NCBI GenBank assembly: GCA_905478415.1
Contig: CAJQIG010000001.1
Span: forward strand, 150,098 to 214,097
Direction of reading: 5' to 3'
Source: an uncultured Patescibacteria group bacterium
GTDB lineage: Bacteria; Patescibacteriota; Microgenomatia; UBA1400; PJMF01
Length of the DNA: 64,000 bases
Positions 38,879-48,810 of this stretch are shown here, piece after piece. The notes beneath the pieces are model-generated. The model saw only the letters and a list, made by a program, of their open reading frames with translations, had not been told where the DNA came from and made no database searches. How positions within the stretch are numbered: the stretch's first letter is position 1; every line of letters begins with the position of its first letter. Both the position numbers and the translations under genes were made by a program.

Positions 38879-40620
38879 TAAGATCTTTCTTTCTTGATTT
38901 TTTGTTCTTGGCTTATATACAAGTAAAGAACGACTACTAAAAGCAAACTCACAGCCGAAATCGTATCACTAATCTTTCGAACCTGGGTAGACTGAAATAC
39001 TACTTTTACTATTTTTCCTCCTGCAGGAAGAGCTGCTTCAAGTAACCCTGTTGGAGATATTCTTTTTTCAACCTGCACTCCATCTACAAAAACCTGCCAT
39101 CCTGGAAAGTCGGCAATCGAGAAGAGTACTTGTCTGTCAGTTTCGCTAGCTACAAATTGATATATTTTCTTGTGACCAGCACTCTCAATAACCTCATATT
39201 CGCACTCATCCTGTAAGCACTCCAGTTGTTGTTGGGGCGGCTGGATACCATCCAAAATCATTGCACTGGGTATGTAATCAGGTAGCGTCTTACTCATTTC
39301 ACTTGCTACCCGAGCTGGATTATCATAGTAATACTTTTCAGGTGCATCCAAGTAGGATTTTGGCTTAAAAATACTTGCAGTACTGAGTAACAGAAAGAAC
39401 ATCCCCACAATGTAGAAACGGGCCTTCCTTCCTTTCAAGAAGAAAAGAGGTACTCCAACTGAGCTTGCCAAAAATACTGAAGTAATGGACAAGTATCTCC
39501 AAGGAAACTGAATGTAAGACATAAAAGGAAGAGCTCTCCAAACTAAGATTGAACGCTCAAGCGAAAGAAACAATCCTAAACCAATAAGTAAAAATAGAAT
39601 TCCTAGTATGGCGATCTTATTAAATAGCGCGATTTTTCTTTTCTTATACAAAGATGTTGAAACAGCTGAGTTTCGAATTACTTGAACCACTAACAGTAGA
39701 GATCCAACCACACTCACGAGTTGACCAGTCCCTAAGTAAAATGAAATTGGATCGTTCGGCCCCCATTCTGATCCACCATATCCCCAGAAAGCGGTAAAAA
39801 ATTGACGAATATACAAAAAATGCAGTGAAAAATCAAAATATCCAGAAAGAATAGTGGCATCTACTTGTGTAAAATCTTTTTCAAGTAATGCTGGGAAAAT
39901 ATAAAACGCTGCCAAACCAACTGCAAGCAAAACTGATGAAATTACTCCACTAAGTTCTTTACCTAGTTCTTGCAATCTTATCTTCTGTAAATAATAGCCC
40001 TGGCCAAGTTGAAATAAATAAAACAAGACAAAAAATGGAGCTGAAATTAAAGCCGTTAGGTTATGACTCAGCAATAAGATAACCAAACCAAAAGTAATAC
40101 CTCCCCAACCTTTCCAAAAATGAGTTCTGATTTTGATCAGACCCCAAAGAACAATTGGTATCGCCATCATTCCCCAAGATTCACTCAAAGCGCCTCTGAC
40201 AAAAAGATTTAATGCTCTGTATGGTGCCAACGTTAAGGCAGCTGCTACTAACACACCTGCTGCTTTACTCTTAAATAGTTCTTTGGCAAAAAAGTAGGCC
40301 GCAAGTAAAGTACCGACGCTACTGAGTAAAAACAATGCTTTGACTGCAGTGATAAGTGGAAATCCCACTTGATAAAGAAGTGACCCAATAAAGTACGGTA
40401 ACGGCGCATAAAACTCAAAAAGAGGCATACCATATCCATAACCAAAATTTTGACTCCATCTAACCGGGAATTGCCCTTCTTGGAGTGCACTGGTCATCTC
40501 GGTAATTCTAACGCCATGAATGAAATCATGAACATCAAACATACCAGGTTTGAGTAGTGCCCAACTAGAAGCTACTATAACTAATAGAAGACTTAGGCTT
40601 ACCAATAGCTTTCTTTTCAT
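38878..40620 (-). CDS. YfhO/'PTPS-related' membrane protein, putative GT-C
   Basis: HDFIH, RWSQNFGYGYGMPLFEFYAPL, RGALSE, QFPWRY, DFPGW motifs. Confidence 0.8.
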   Translation of the reverse strand: MKRKLLVSLSLLLVIVASSWALLKPGMFDVHDFIHGVRITEMTSALQEGQFPVRWSQNFGYGYGMPLFEFYAPLPYFIGSLLYQVGFPLITAVKALFLLSSVGTLLAAYFFAKELFKSKAAGVLVAAALTLAPYRALNLFVRGALSESWGMMAIPIVLWGLIKIRTHFWKGWGGITFGLVILLLSHNLTALISAPFFVLFYLFQLGQGYYLQKIRLQELGKELSGVISSVLLAVGLAAFYIFPALLEKDFTQVDATILSGYFDFSLHFLYIRQFFTAFWGYGGSEWGPNDPISFYLGTGQLVSVVGSLLLVVQVIRNSAVSTSLYKKRKIALFNKIAILGILFLLIGLGLFLSLERSILVWRALPFMSYIQFPWRYLSITSVFLASSVGVPLFFLKGRKARFYIVGMFFLLLSTASIFKPKSYLDAPEKYYYDNPARVASEMSKTLPDYIPSAMILDGIQPPQQQLECLQDECEYEVIESAGHKKIYQFVASETDRQVLFSIADFPGWQVFVDGVQVEKRISPTGLLEAALPAGGKIVKVVFQSTQVRKISDTISAVSLLLVVVLYLYISQEQKIKKERS

Positions 40621-40713
40621 TCATTCCATTTTATCAGGCAACAGCAGAGAAAGATAATCTTGTTTCTATTTTTTTAAAATAAAGATGGTATACAATGATG
40701 TACACACTACTTT

Positions 40714-41838
40714 ATGACAGACACTCAACTACCTGACCATCAACCAAAAACTTATTCTGAGTCGGCAGAACATCAGATTCGTGTTTTAACTGGTCCACAG
40801 CTCTTTCTAAAAGCAACCCTCCTTTCGGCGGGCATGGCAGCAGTCATGCTAGTAATCACCTTCATTGGCGTACTTATTTTCTGGTCAAACCAACTTACTG
40901 TCTTTCTTGATACCGCCAATATCTCTTTTTCAGAATTACGACAAACAGTTACTGTTGGACTCGAAACTCAACCTAAACAAACTGGTGACAGTACCACGGT
41001 ACTTCTCTTAGGCTTGGATTCACTAGAAACTAGACCAGGTAGTCCTCAACTGACAGACACAATGATAGTGGTGTCACTCAACTATAAAACAGCAAAGGTC
41101 ACTACAATTTCATTGCCTAGAGACATCTGGAGTACGGCGTACCAAACAAAAATCAATGCCCTCTATCACTACGGTCAAGAACGATATCCCACCAATCCAA
41201 GTCAATTCCCAACTGAAGTCATTTCTGAGATGACTGGACTACCCATCGAGTATACTGTTGTCATCACCATGAAACAGGTAGCAGAGATTATTGATGTGCT
41301 CGGTGGTATTGATGTTGATATCCCTGCAGCTTTCACTGACACTCAATTTCCTCGCCCTGATGTAGACGTGAGTGTCGTCCACGACCCAGATCTTCTCTAC
41401 CAAACAGTGACCTTTGAAGCTGGACAACAGTCACTAGATAGCACCAGAGCACTACAGTACATTAGAAGTAGAAAAAGTGGCGATACAGAAGGTGATGATC
41501 TAGCTCGAGGAAAGAGACAACAGCTCATCATTGAATCCTTAGTTGCACAACTTCAATCAAAAGAGACCCTTACCAACCCTCAACTTTTAGGCACACTCTA
41601 TACCTATTATCAGAATACGTTTAGTCAATTTGTTCCACTTAATGAAAGCATTGGTCTTCTCACTCAAGTCTTTCCTCAAAGGAATGTTTTAGAGCTCAAA
41701 ACAGCAGCGCTCCCCATTGCCCCCGATGATCCTAACGGCGTACTCATAAATCCACCTATTTCTAAGCACTCAGTTTGGGTGTATGAAGTCGTCGATCAAG
41801 ATAGTTTTAGAAATTATGTGAAATCGCTGGTAGAATAA
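40714..41838 (+). CDS. LCP (LytR-CpsA-Psr) family glycopolymer transferase
   Basis: LLLGLD, TDTMIV, SLPRD, KINA, ALQYIRSR, DLARGKRQQ motifs. Confidence 0.9.
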   Translation: MTDTQLPDHQPKTYSESAEHQIRVLTGPQLFLKATLLSAGMAAVMLVITFIGVLIFWSNQLTVFLDTANISFSELRQTVTVGLETQPKQTGDSTTVLLLGLDSLETRPGSPQLTDTMIVVSLNYKTAKVTTISLPRDIWSTAYQTKINALYHYGQERYPTNPSQFPTEVISEMTGLPIEYTVVITMKQVAEIIDVLGGIDVDIPAAFTDTQFPRPDVDVSVVHDPDLLYQTVTFEAGQQSLDSTRALQYIRSRKSGDTEGDDLARGKRQQLIIESLVAQLQSKETLTNPQLLGTLYTYYQNTFSQFVPLNESIGLLTQVFPQRNVLELKTAALPIAPDDPNGVLINPPISKHSVWVYEVVDQDSFRNYVKSLVE

Positions 41839-41842
41839 GAGT

Positions 41843-42058
41843 ATGCACTATAAAAACCTAGAGCTTTCTGATAAAACTCTCTTTAGAATCCTGATGGGAT
41901 GTATTATCGGGCTAGCACTGGCAAGTGGGTTATTTGCAGAAGAGTTACGACAGGAGCGAAAGCGCTATGATCGCATCGAAGATAAGTATGTCCGAGTCAG
42001 AGATCAGCTTGGTCGTCCAGAGACACAACGACTCTTGGATCAAAGTTACCTAAAGTAA
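41843..42058 (+). CDS. Small single-TM hypothetical protein
   Basis: 71-aa ORF co-oriented between the LCP gene and rmlB. Confidence 0.6.
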   Translation: MHYKNLELSDKTLFRILMGCIIGLALASGLFAEELRQERKRYDRIEDKYVRVRDQLGRPETQRLLDQSYLK

Positions 42059-42071
42059 AAGGATATCCACC

Positions 42072-43106
42072 ATGAGTACATCAAATACAAAAAAAACACT
42101 CCTTGTTACTGGCGGGGCAGGTTTTATTGGAAGTAATTTTATTTTGTACTGGATGAAACACCACCCAGAAGATAAAATTATCAACCTAGACGCACTTACT
42201 TACGCTGGCAATCTTGAAAATTTACGATCAATCCAAGACTCTAAAAACTATATTTTTGTTGAAGGTAATATAGTGGACAGAGATTTAGTCGAACGCATTG
42301 TTGCAGATGTTGATATGATCGTTCACTTTGCAGCTGAGTCACATGTTGATCGCTCAATTTTGGAACCAGATGCTTTTGTACAGACAAATATTGTAGGAAC
42401 TCAGGTACTGCTCGACCTAGCTGTCAAACACAAAGTCAAACATTTCCACCATATTTCAACTGACGAAGTGTTTGGATCCTTAGAACTTGGTAAAGATACA
42501 CAGTTTTCAGAAACAACTCCCTATGATCCTCGCAGTCCTTACTCTGCAAGTAAGGCTTCATCAGACCATCTTGTCAGAGCCTATGGCGAAACCTACGGTT
42601 TACAGTACACAATTACCAACTGTTCAAATAACTATGGTGAGTATCAATTTCCAGAAAAACTTATTCCCTTAGCAATTACTAATATTCTCGATAATAAAGC
42701 TGTACCTGTATACGGAGATGGCCTGCAAGTCAGAGATTGGCTCTACGTCCAAGATCACTGCAGCGCTATTGAAAAAGTCCTCGAGAGTGGTAGTTCTCAA
42801 AAAACCTATGTTGTGGGTGGCTTAACTGAAGACATTCCAAATATTGAAGTCGTTAAAACTATCCTAAAAATCATGGGGAAATCAGAACATATGTTAGAAC
42901 ATATTACTGACCGGGCTGGTCATGATGTTCGTTACAGTGTTGATTGGAGTCACATTAAAAAGGATTTAGGTTGGGAGCCTTCTGTGAGCTTTGAGGTAGG
43001 CATAGAACAAACAATTACGTGGTATCTTGCAAATGAGTCCTGGTGGAGACCACTCCTCTCGGACAATCAAGATTATTTCAAAAAAAACTATCAAGACAGA
43101 ACATAG
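42072..43106 (+). CDS. rmlB: dTDP-glucose 4,6-dehydratase
   Basis: TGGAGFIG, LTYAGN, AESHVDRS, STDEVFG, PYSASK motifs. Confidence 0.95.
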   Translation: MSTSNTKKTLLVTGGAGFIGSNFILYWMKHHPEDKIINLDALTYAGNLENLRSIQDSKNYIFVEGNIVDRDLVERIVADVDMIVHFAAESHVDRSILEPDAFVQTNIVGTQVLLDLAVKHKVKHFHHISTDEVFGSLELGKDTQFSETTPYDPRSPYSASKASSDHLVRAYGETYGLQYTITNCSNNYGEYQFPEKLIPLAITNILDNKAVPVYGDGLQVRDWLYVQDHCSAIEKVLESGSSQKTYVVGGLTEDIPNIEVVKTILKIMGKSEHMLEHITDRAGHDVRYSVDWSHIKKDLGWEPSVSFEVGIEQTITWYLANESWWRPLLSDNQDYFKKNYQDRT

Positions 43107-43119
43107 AGAGAAGTTGCGT

Positions 43120-43716
43120 ATGTACACACCCAAAGAATCACTGCAGGTTGGAGAAAGTATCTATAGTTCTAAGCTTGAGGGGTTGTTTTTCCTTGAAAGT
43201 AAGAAGTTTGATGATGAGCGTGGTTACTATGCCGAACTGGCTCGTATTCCAGAGCTAGACGCACTCAGAGGTGTTGAGTTTTGTACAAAACAAGTCAATA
43301 TCGCTCGATCTAGTCAAAATGTTGCTCGTGGTATTCACTCAGAAAATTGGAATAAGTTAGTGACAGTTACCAATGGCGTAGCTTTTTGTGCTCTAGTGGA
43401 TTTAAGACCTACTTCTAAAACATTTGGAGTATTTGAAACAATCCTATTAGGAGTTGGAAAGGATGCTCTCCATGGGAGCGTTTTCATTCCCAGTGGAATT
43501 GGTAATTCTCTCTGTGTAGTTGAAGGTCCTGTTGACTATCTCTACTATGTAGACAAACTGTACAAAGATCGTGATCCTAGTGGAGACAAAGCACTGTCAC
43601 TGTTTGATCCTGACCTCGCTATCTCTTGGCCAATAGCGAAAGAAGAGATGATACTTTCACAAAGAGATCAAAACACTGTCACTTTAAAAGAATTATTTCC
43701 GGAAAAATATGCGTAA
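43120..43716 (+). CDS. rmlC: dTDP-4-dehydrorhamnose 3,5-epimerase
   Basis: DERGY, RGIH, KLV, VDLRP motifs. Start at ATG 43120. Confidence 0.88.
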   Translation: MYTPKESLQVGESIYSSKLEGLFFLESKKFDDERGYYAELARIPELDALRGVEFCTKQVNIARSSQNVARGIHSENWNKLVTVTNGVAFCALVDLRPTSKTFGVFETILLGVGKDALHGSVFIPSGIGNSLCVVEGPVDYLYYVDKLYKDRDPSGDKALSLFDPDLAISWPIAKEEMILSQRDQNTVTLKELFPEKYA

Positions 43717-44587
43717 CTCACTACTCGCTACTGGTATTAATGGTCTTGTTGGTTCAAAATTTAAAAATGATTTTTCTGATTCGTACCAATTTGATTCTTT
43801 AGATATTTCAGACCCTCAAAATCGCGTTGATATCACTGATATAAACCAAGTTATGGCAGCTTTTGAGGCCTCAAAAGCAAGGTATGTCTTACACCTAGCG
43901 GCCTACACCGATGTGACTGGAGCGTGGAATCAGCGGGGTGACAAGAATGGCCTTGCCTATAAAGTTAATGTTACCGGTACTCAAAACATTGTTTCCGCTT
44001 GCAGAGAACACAATGTCCATCTCATTCATATTTCAACCGCCTATGTTTTTGATGGCACAAAAGAAACCCTCTATACTGAAAATGACACAGTACACCCCAT
44101 TGAGTGGTACGGAGAAACAAAAGCTCTAGCTGAAGAAGTTGTTACTAACAGCGCGATCGACTGGACGATTCTTAGAATTGATCAGCCATTTAGAAGCGAC
44201 TCTTTTCCAAGACAAGATATCGCTCATCGAATTATAAGCGGACTAGAAACTGCTACGCTCTATCCTCAATTCACGAACCACTTCTTTGGACCAACTTTTA
44301 TCGATGATTTTGCGAAAGTCATAGATTGGGTGATCAGAACTAAGACTACTGGTCTGTTTAATGCTTCCAGTGGAGAAAAATGGAGTGATTTTGCATTTGC
44401 GCAAGCAGTAGCCAAACAAATTGGTAGTACAACGTCTATAAAGCCTGGAAATTTAGATGAGTATTTGAAAACATTGGATCGCCCCTATCAAAAAAATACA
44501 GCTATGGACACCTCTAAACTACAGTCAAAACTTGATTTTTCACTTCGGGATATTGCCTCTGCCCTCAGTGAAGTAACCAGTAACTAA
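43709..44587 (+). CDS. rmlD: dTDP-4-dehydrorhamnose reductase
   Basis: TGINGLVG, AAYTDV, ISTAYVFDG, YGETK motifs; follows rmlC. Confidence 0.85.
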   Translation: MRNSLLATGINGLVGSKFKNDFSDSYQFDSLDISDPQNRVDITDINQVMAAFEASKARYVLHLAAYTDVTGAWNQRGDKNGLAYKVNVTGTQNIVSACREHNVHLIHISTAYVFDGTKETLYTENDTVHPIEWYGETKALAEEVVTNSAIDWTILRIDQPFRSDSFPRQDIAHRIISGLETATLYPQFTNHFFGPTFIDDFAKVIDWVIRTKTTGLFNASSGEKWSDFAFAQAVAKQIGSTTSIKPGNLDEYLKTLDRPYQKNTAMDTSKLQSKLDFSLRDIASALSEVTSN

Positions 44588-45255
44588 CTTTTTTTCGTGG
44601 TGTTAGATTTTCGGTGAGATTCTCGCCATTCTTCAATCTTTTTGTGATCCCCGGACATAAGCACATCCGGCACACGCATTCCTCTGAATTCTTGAGGTCT
44701 CGTGTATTGAGGAAATCCCAAGGTGCCGGGAGTATCATGAGATTCGCCCACAATGCTCTCCTCATTCCCTAAAGTTCCTGGCAATAACCGAATAATGCTA
44801 TCTGTTATAACTGCTGCTGCTCCCTCTCCACCACTGAGAACAAAGTTACCTATTCTGATTTCATGATCGACAAAGTGTTCCGCAATTCGTTCATCTACCC
44901 CTTCGTAATGACCGCAGATGATAATGACCACATCTTGAGCAGCATAGTCTCTTGCCATTGCTTGAGTATAGAGTTTCCCCTGAGCTGAAGTTAAAAGGAC
45001 TATCACCTTTTTATCTGTAGAAATTGTCTCTTTAATCGATTCGAGTGCCCGCACAATCGGCTCAACTTGCATAACCATACCTGCTCCACCCCCAAATGGG
45101 CGATCATCAGTCCGATGATGTACATCAGTAGCGAAATCACGAATATTACATACCTCAATGGTAGCAACTCCCTTTGAGAGCGCCTTTCCAATCAGTGAGA
45201 CATCAAAGAGTCCCGAAAAATATTCTGGGAATAAAGTTAAAAGTACAATTCGCAT
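44584..45255 (-). CDS. trmD: tRNA (guanine37-N1)-methyltransferase
   Basis: LTLFPE, DDRPFGGGAGMVM, CGHYEGVDER, VLSGGE, YTRP motifs. Confidence 0.96.
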   Translation of the reverse strand: MRIVLLTLFPEYFSGLFDVSLIGKALSKGVATIEVCNIRDFATDVHHRTDDRPFGGGAGMVMQVEPIVRALESIKETISTDKKVIVLLTSAQGKLYTQAMARDYAAQDVVIIICGHYEGVDERIAEHFVDHEIRIGNFVLSGGEGAAAVITDSIIRLLPGTLGNEESIVGESHDTPGTLGFPQYTRPQEFRGMRVPDVLMSGDHKKIEEWRESHRKSNTTKKS

Positions 45256-45351
45256 AGATACAAGTATTTTACCACTCTTTATACCTAGTCTCCTAAAGAG
45301 GACTAAAAACCACTGCTGGAGTTGTCAGCTGGTACTTGCTATTATAGATAC

Positions 45352-46437
45352 ATGCCTCAGATGAACACTACCGGTCCCAATCTTACCTATGTTTCTATGC
45401 TCGCTCGAAAAGCTGTAAAATTTGGTTCAATTGGCTTAGTCACCCTGATTGTGGGAAGAGTTGTCTTAACTACTGCCATTGCCTGGTGGAAAGCTGTCAA
45501 TCCACCACCTCCGCCACCCCCAACTGTTGGCTTTGGTATTCTCCCTCCATTAGCATTTCCACCCCAAGAGGCAGACGAAAAACCACTCAGTTATAAATTG
45601 GAGACACCAAATGGAACGACTCCATTCTTTTCAGATCGTGCAAAAGTCTTTCTTATTCAGCATCCAGCAGCTAACCTCTTAGCTGATGAAAATGCCAAAC
45701 AGCTTGCTCAAAAGTACGGGTACGTCTTTGAGCCAGACAAACTCCCTAAAAATATATATCGTTGGAATAAAAGTGAACCACTAAAAGCCAAGTTTGAATT
45801 TAACATCGTTTCACAACAGTTTGAACAAAGTACTGATTATTTATCTCACCCAGAACTACTGACTGGTAATTCTCTTCCCACTAGTTTTGATGCTGTCAAA
45901 CAAGTCAAAGATTTTCTCAAAAAAGGGGCATTGCTTGGAAGTGATATGGCTACTGCTTCAGGTGAAGTCGTCTACTTAAAAGCTTTAGGAGACGAACTAG
46001 CGCCTGCTGTTTCACCTTCGGACGCTGATTTCATGCAGGTTGACCTCAATCGCACTCCCATCGATATGCAGTACCGAATGTACACACCAAATGGGTTTGA
46101 GGGAATTGTAACGGCTATCCTTAGCGGAGCACTAAAAAATCTAGATAACATTGTCTACATAAAATCTGGATATAACACTGTTGACTACACGCAGGTACAT
46201 ACCTATCCACTCAGGTCTTCGGCTGAAGCTTGGCAACTGCTCAAAGCTGGGGAAGGATATATTGCCAGTCCAGGTGAAAGTGAAAATGTTACCATTCGTG
46301 AAATCACACTCGGTTACTTTGATACTGCTGAACCACAAGATTACCTACAACCCGTGTATGTTTTTTATAACCCAGAAGATGGATTTATGGGGTTTGTTCC
46401 GGCTCTAGACCCTCAATTTATTCAAGTCATCCAATAA
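45352..46437 (+). CDS. Membrane-anchored hypothetical protein with a poly-Pro linker
   Basis: One TM helix, then NPPPPPPPTVGFG; C-terminal YLQPVYVF. Start at ATG 45352. Confidence 0.75.
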   Translation: MPQMNTTGPNLTYVSMLARKAVKFGSIGLVTLIVGRVVLTTAIAWWKAVNPPPPPPPTVGFGILPPLAFPPQEADEKPLSYKLETPNGTTPFFSDRAKVFLIQHPAANLLADENAKQLAQKYGYVFEPDKLPKNIYRWNKSEPLKAKFEFNIVSQQFEQSTDYLSHPELLTGNSLPTSFDAVKQVKDFLKKGALLGSDMATASGEVVYLKALGDELAPAVSPSDADFMQVDLNRTPIDMQYRMYTPNGFEGIVTAILSGALKNLDNIVYIKSGYNTVDYTQVHTYPLRSSAEAWQLLKAGEGYIASPGESENVTIREITLGYFDTAEPQDYLQPVYVFYNPEDGFMGFVPALDPQFIQVIQ

Positions 46438-46464
46438 CAAATAAGATAGAGTATAATTGCACCC

Positions 46465-47895
46465 ATGACTACTACACACGTTCGTACCAGAATGGCCCCC
46501 AGCCCAACCGGTGATATGCATGTCGGTAGTATGGGCATTGTTCTAAAAAACTATGCGTATGCTAAAAAACATGGTGGATCATTTGTATTGCGTATTGAAG
46601 ATACTGATAAGGTTCGCGAAGTCGAAGGAGCCGTTGATAGAATTCAAGATATTATTACCGCCTATGGTCTTGATTGGGACGAAGGTCCAGGGAAAGGTGG
46701 AGATTTTGGCCCCTACATTCAGTCTCAAAGAATTGACCTTTACACTCAAATGGCCAGAGAACTTGTCGAAAATGATAAAGCCTACTACTGTACCTGCAGT
46801 AAAGAACGACTTGAAGAGGTCAGAGACTCAATGAGAGCTCAAAAGCTCCCACCTAAATATGATCAGCGCTGTCGAAATCAACAAGAGTTAGTTCTCGGAG
46901 AAATGGCAAATGGGGCACAAGCAGTTATTCGTCTTAAAACTCCTAAGGACCAAGATGTATCATTTACTGATTTAATTAGAGGGACTATTACCTTCAACTC
47001 AAATACTGTTGATGATCAAGTTCTTTTAAAGTCTGATGGCTATCCAACCTATCATCTTGCCGTCGTTGTAGATGACCATGGTATGGACATTACTCACATT
47101 ATGCGAGGTGAAGAATGGATAAGTTCAACACCAAAACATGTGTTACTCTACCAAGCTTTTGGCTGGGAGATGCCTGTTTTTGCTCATATACCTGTCTACC
47201 TAAATCCTGATGGTAAAGGCAAGATGAGTAAACGCAAAGGTACTGTTTCTGCTCAATCATTTCTTGATAGAGGCTATTTACCAGAGGCGCTTCTCAATTT
47301 TTTTATGATCTTAGGTTGGGCTCATCCAGATGAGAAAGAAATTCTGTCTCTCGAAGAGTATATTCAGTACTTTGATCCTAAAGATGTCAGTCCTAAATCA
47401 GTTGTATTCGATATGAAAAAGCTTGACTGGATGAATGGCATGTATATTCGTCAATTACCTCTTGAGGAACTTGAGTCTAAGTTACAACCATTTATCCCTG
47501 AAGAATTTCCAAAAGAAAAAGTTGCTTTAGTACTACCACTTATATTTGAGCGATTAGAAAAACTATCAGATTTTGCAGAACTTACCAGTTTTTTCCAAGG
47601 AGAAATAACTATTCCCACTGACCTCTTACTTAAAAAAAGCTCCGTTGATCAAGTAAATGAGCAGATCACTGCCTGTATTGAAGCACTCACAAACATTGAG
47701 TGGTCAATTGAAACTATAGAAACAGCAATTCGCAACCTACAAGAAAAGAACGACTGGAAAAAGAAACAATTTTTTATGATGGTCAGAGTAGCCGCAACTG
47801 GTAAAAAGGCTACCCCACCTTTATTTGAAACTATGCAGTTAATCGGAAAAGAGGCTATACTACAAAGACTCAACCAATCACTACAACAAGTATAA
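46465..47895 (+). CDS. gltX: Glutamate--tRNA ligase
   Basis: RMAPSPTG, HVGS (HIGH), LRIEDTD, RGEEW, KMSKR motifs. Confidence 0.96.
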   Translation: MTTTHVRTRMAPSPTGDMHVGSMGIVLKNYAYAKKHGGSFVLRIEDTDKVREVEGAVDRIQDIITAYGLDWDEGPGKGGDFGPYIQSQRIDLYTQMARELVENDKAYYCTCSKERLEEVRDSMRAQKLPPKYDQRCRNQQELVLGEMANGAQAVIRLKTPKDQDVSFTDLIRGTITFNSNTVDDQVLLKSDGYPTYHLAVVVDDHGMDITHIMRGEEWISSTPKHVLLYQAFGWEMPVFAHIPVYLNPDGKGKMSKRKGTVSAQSFLDRGYLPEALLNFFMILGWAHPDEKEILSLEEYIQYFDPKDVSPKSVVFDMKKLDWMNGMYIRQLPLEELESKLQPFIPEEFPKEKVALVLPLIFERLEKLSDFAELTSFFQGEITIPTDLLLKKSSVDQVNEQITACIEALTNIEWSIETIETAIRNLQEKNDWKKKQFFMMVRVAATGKKATPPLFETMQLIGKEAILQRLNQSLQQV

Positions 47896-47904
47896 AAGAC
47901 AACC

Positions 47905-48810
47905 ATGCCTGCCAACAATTCTGCTCGTCTTGATTTTCTTCAGGACGATCTACAGCAAAAGTCTTCAGAAGTTCCACTCGAATTTCAAACTATTCCAGAG
48001 CTCTTTAAAGATGGTGCCTTTGTCGGTGTTGAAGCTTTTTTTGGAAAAGATTCCTCCACCGAAACCGTCTTTCAAACTCAGAGTCCAACTGACTCAATCC
48101 AGGCTGATGTCTCATCAATTTTAGAAAAAAAAACTAAAAATAACTCTCTCCTTTCCCAAATTTCGGCAGAAGAACTTGAAGATGTGCTGAACAAACTCAG
48201 AACAGTCCTCACCCTTCCACCAGGCCAACTTGACCGTGAGTCAGAACTCTATCTAGAACAACAAATAAGTGAAATGCTTGGTTTTGAGGTAACTAATATT
48301 CTTGAGGGACATCAGCTGCAATATAATACTGGAAAAATAAAGGCACTGCCCCACCTCAAACGACATCCAACAGACGCAGTCAAATCTCACGAAAAGTACC
48401 AACAAGCTAGTATGAGTCAAAAGAGAGGTGCCTTTGGTTGGTTCTTAGAACAAGGAAAAACTACGGCTGATACCATTCAACTTGAAAAATATTATATAGC
48501 GCTGCAGCTCTTTTACTCTCCAGAGTGGTCGAGTTCTCCCAGAGAGATAAAGAAATGGTACAAATATCGGAAAATGGTAGTACTCAACCCCTTTGATAAA
48601 GTTGCTGTGGTGTGTGCAGTTGGTAGCATTGGTCCACAGATACCAGTTCGTTACCAATTTGGAGCTTCACCAGAGGTAATTGTTGAGGGCAAGTTTTGGA
48701 GCTCTCAATCAAATGGACGAGCTATCGTTCTCTTTGTCGATGATCAGCAAAACAGTATACCGCTTGGGCCCCTTACATTAGGCATACCGTCAAAGGCAAC
48801 TACATCATGA
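47905..48810 (+). CDS. Hypothetical protein
   Basis: 301-aa ORF co-oriented in the housekeeping run; no family recognised. Confidence 0.7.
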   Translation: MPANNSARLDFLQDDLQQKSSEVPLEFQTIPELFKDGAFVGVEAFFGKDSSTETVFQTQSPTDSIQADVSSILEKKTKNNSLLSQISAEELEDVLNKLRTVLTLPPGQLDRESELYLEQQISEMLGFEVTNILEGHQLQYNTGKIKALPHLKRHPTDAVKSHEKYQQASMSQKRGAFGWFLEQGKTTADTIQLEKYYIALQLFYSPEWSSSPREIKKWYKYRKMVVLNPFDKVAVVCAVGSIGPQIPVRYQFGASPEVIVEGKFWSSQSNGRAIVLFVDDQQNSIPLGPLTLGIPSKATTS

